A DNA stretch of 62,850 nucleotides, the filler included, from Choristocarpus tenellus KU-1152 (lineage: Eukaryota; Protista; Phaeophyceae), in the NCBI GenBank assembly GCA_964200185.2. It is 10 parts of 10 records of this genome, joined end to end, with 100 filler letters (N's around TTAATTAATTAA, not from the genome) between each part and the next. Parts side by side here need not be neighbours in the genome. Positions count along the whole stretch, not along the records: positions 54,561 to 62,850 come from CAXNAD020004894.1; 9 more parts are not named here. One strand, written 5' to 3'. The notes under the pieces are model-generated. The model was given only the letters and a program-made list of their open reading frames with translations, searched no databases and was not told the DNA's origin. Each line of letters starts with the position of its first letter. Positions within the stretch are counted from its first letter, which is position 1. Shown piece after piece: positions 61,000-62,850 of the stretch. The position numbers were made by a program, and so were the translations under genes.

Positions 61000-62780
61000 C
61001 AGTTGATGTCGGCGCATAATCACCCACTCAGTCAATAACCCTTAAGTGATTCTTGGTAATTGTTGCTATTGCCCGAACAGTTACAATGTGCGATACTGAT
61101 GAGGGTTCAGGGTTGGTACAACTTGCCAGTATTTCTTCACAAAAACAGTTCAATTACCAAAGGATACTCTACTTTGGTCACATCTACCCGGTAGATATAG
61201 TCAACAAAAGTCACCCTCACATTAATAATACTCTATCTTCAACATCTCTGCCCCCATCTGAACGAACTCGTGTTGATATTGCACAGAACCCGCTTTCACC
61301 AACACAATCTTCTCATCTCCTCAATACAAGAAACACTGGATCTTTGTCCCAGATTCTGTTCAATATTTTCCCTCAACACCTTCAAATTGGGGACTTGCAT
61401 GATTGCTGAAGTAGACTTCGCCTCGAACTAGGCACTAGACATTTTAAAACTGGACACCGTATCAAACCAATCCACAAGATAGAGGTATTATTGCAAAATG
61501 TGTCGAAGATTTGCAACACTGAGGAATAATTGAAGCTCGCCCTAGCCCATGGGGGATGCCCTGTTACTATTTTAGCCAAAGCGGGTGGGATCCCAAGATT
61601 CTGCATTGATTATCGAGGGACGATTAATAAACACCTCATTAAACGTTGTTGGCCCATGCCTTTACCTGAAGAACATCTGGATTCCATTGCTGCAACAAAG
61701 TTCCTCTCTGTTGTAGATGTACAATCTGCATATCATCAAATCCCTGTGCCAGAAGCAGATATGGACAAGACTACTTTTGTCACCCATAAAGGCAAGTTTG
61801 TATGGAAACGACTTCCTTTTGGTCTTAGCAATGCCCCTTTTATTTTTCAACGCATGATATCTCAAGCTCTATCTGGTTTTGCCTCGGGGTGGGGTCTACA
61901 TTTTTTTTAATATCGATCATCTCATTATTTTTCTGCCACTTGGGAACATCATTTACCTTTGCTTTAATACTTTTCATTGCCCTTCCAAATGCTTGCCTTA
62001 CTTTATTACCTTGAAAACTGAAGTTTGGTACAGCACAAGCAGAATACCTTGGACTTATTGTTGTTTCTAGTGTAGGGGTACACCTTGGTAAGGCTCGTGT
62101 TCAAGTCATTGTTGAGATCTTCCCACACCCACAAAAAAAAAAAATCGTTCTATCCTTGATATGCGCAATTTTTTCGGAAGTTTATCCCGCGTTCTTCTGC
62201 AGATCTGACGGAACCCCTCCTAAGAATTACTCATGAAGAGTCCTTCTGGTAAACAAGGAAAAGCATGGACATCAATCCATGATATTAATTTGCTAAAATT
62301 TTAATGGTGTTCATCTCGGTCCTCTCTGACACTATCCCAATTTTTAAGAATCATTTGTGGTACAATATAATTGCATCAAATTTGGTCAGCCGTGGTTTTA
62401 TAGCTCAAGAGGGTAAGATGACACAACCGACACCTCACTTCATATCGTGATCTATTTAAGCAAGAAATTCGATGGAGCCCAACGAAATTACTCCGCAACA
62501 TAATAAAAGATTGTTTAGGTGTAGTCTATGTAATTGATCACTTCCGTCCATATCTCTGCGGCGGACATTTTGACTTATTCGCTGATTATGTAGCACTCCG
62601 ATATCTTCATTAAATTTACATGCAAGATGCAGATAATATGCCGACACTTTGGACTTTTGCTCTCCAATGCTTCGACTTTACCGTTCATCACAAAGCAAGC
62701 AGAGACAATGTTGTACCTGATGTCCTTTCTCACCTCTTTGTGATTGAGATCAATCAAATGCCGAAAGTACTTGCCCCTAT
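61000..62780 (+). mobile_element. Ty3/Gypsy reverse transcriptase-RNase H remnant
   Basis: PRFCIDYRG..WPMPLPEEHLDSI..FLSVVDVQSAYHQIPV..DKTTFVTHKGKFVWKRLPFGLSNAPFIFQRM, then WTFALQCFDFTVHHKASRDNVVPDVLS; heavily frameshifted. Confidence 0.92.
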
Positions 62781-62850
62781 TTATGTGTTAGGCAGAGTCC
62801 AATCAGTCGTGGGGGGTGTTTAGAATCACCAGTTGTGTCATGGTGGGGTG

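Overview
Eukaryotic genomic DNA, not prokaryotic, and not contiguous. Ten contigs (1-2742, 2843-6017, 6118-16633, 16734-19464, 19565-39551, 39652-42383, 42484-45356, 45457-51387, 51488-54460, 54561-62850) are joined by artificial 100-nt N44-TTAATTAATTAA-N44 spacers. Intron-rich genes, Ectocarpus-like RTE and CRE-type LINE remnants and a heterokont-type plastid presequence point to a stramenopile, probably a brown alga or close relative (inference). Hand-spliced, phase-consistent gene models: an hnRNP F/H-type qRRM protein (partial); a large WD40 protein with a candidate Reeler-like domain and probable GC-AG intron(s); a complete 419-aa GLOD4-type glyoxalase fused to a WCKNC thioredoxin; an uncharacterised SDR/Rossmann-like protein (partial); a tandem-Tudor protein head-to-head with a probably N-myristoylated coiled-coil protein; a putative plastid-targeted protein; two unidentified gene fragments. 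The rest is TE-rich: two related MITE families (TIR GA[G/C]NNAAAGTATCT, 3-bp TSDs; one with poly-G tracts), DD39D-type mariner, RTE and CRE-like LINE remnants, two Ty3/Gypsy pol remnants (one with a chromodomain), a dispersed repeat with a 56-57-bp minisatellite plus a ~120-nt hairpin, and a dispersed stem-loop/(TAA)n 3' end. One repeat pair diverges mostly at CpG. No rRNA, tRNA or CRISPR array is supported. All domain calls are by motif recognition only; no searches were run.
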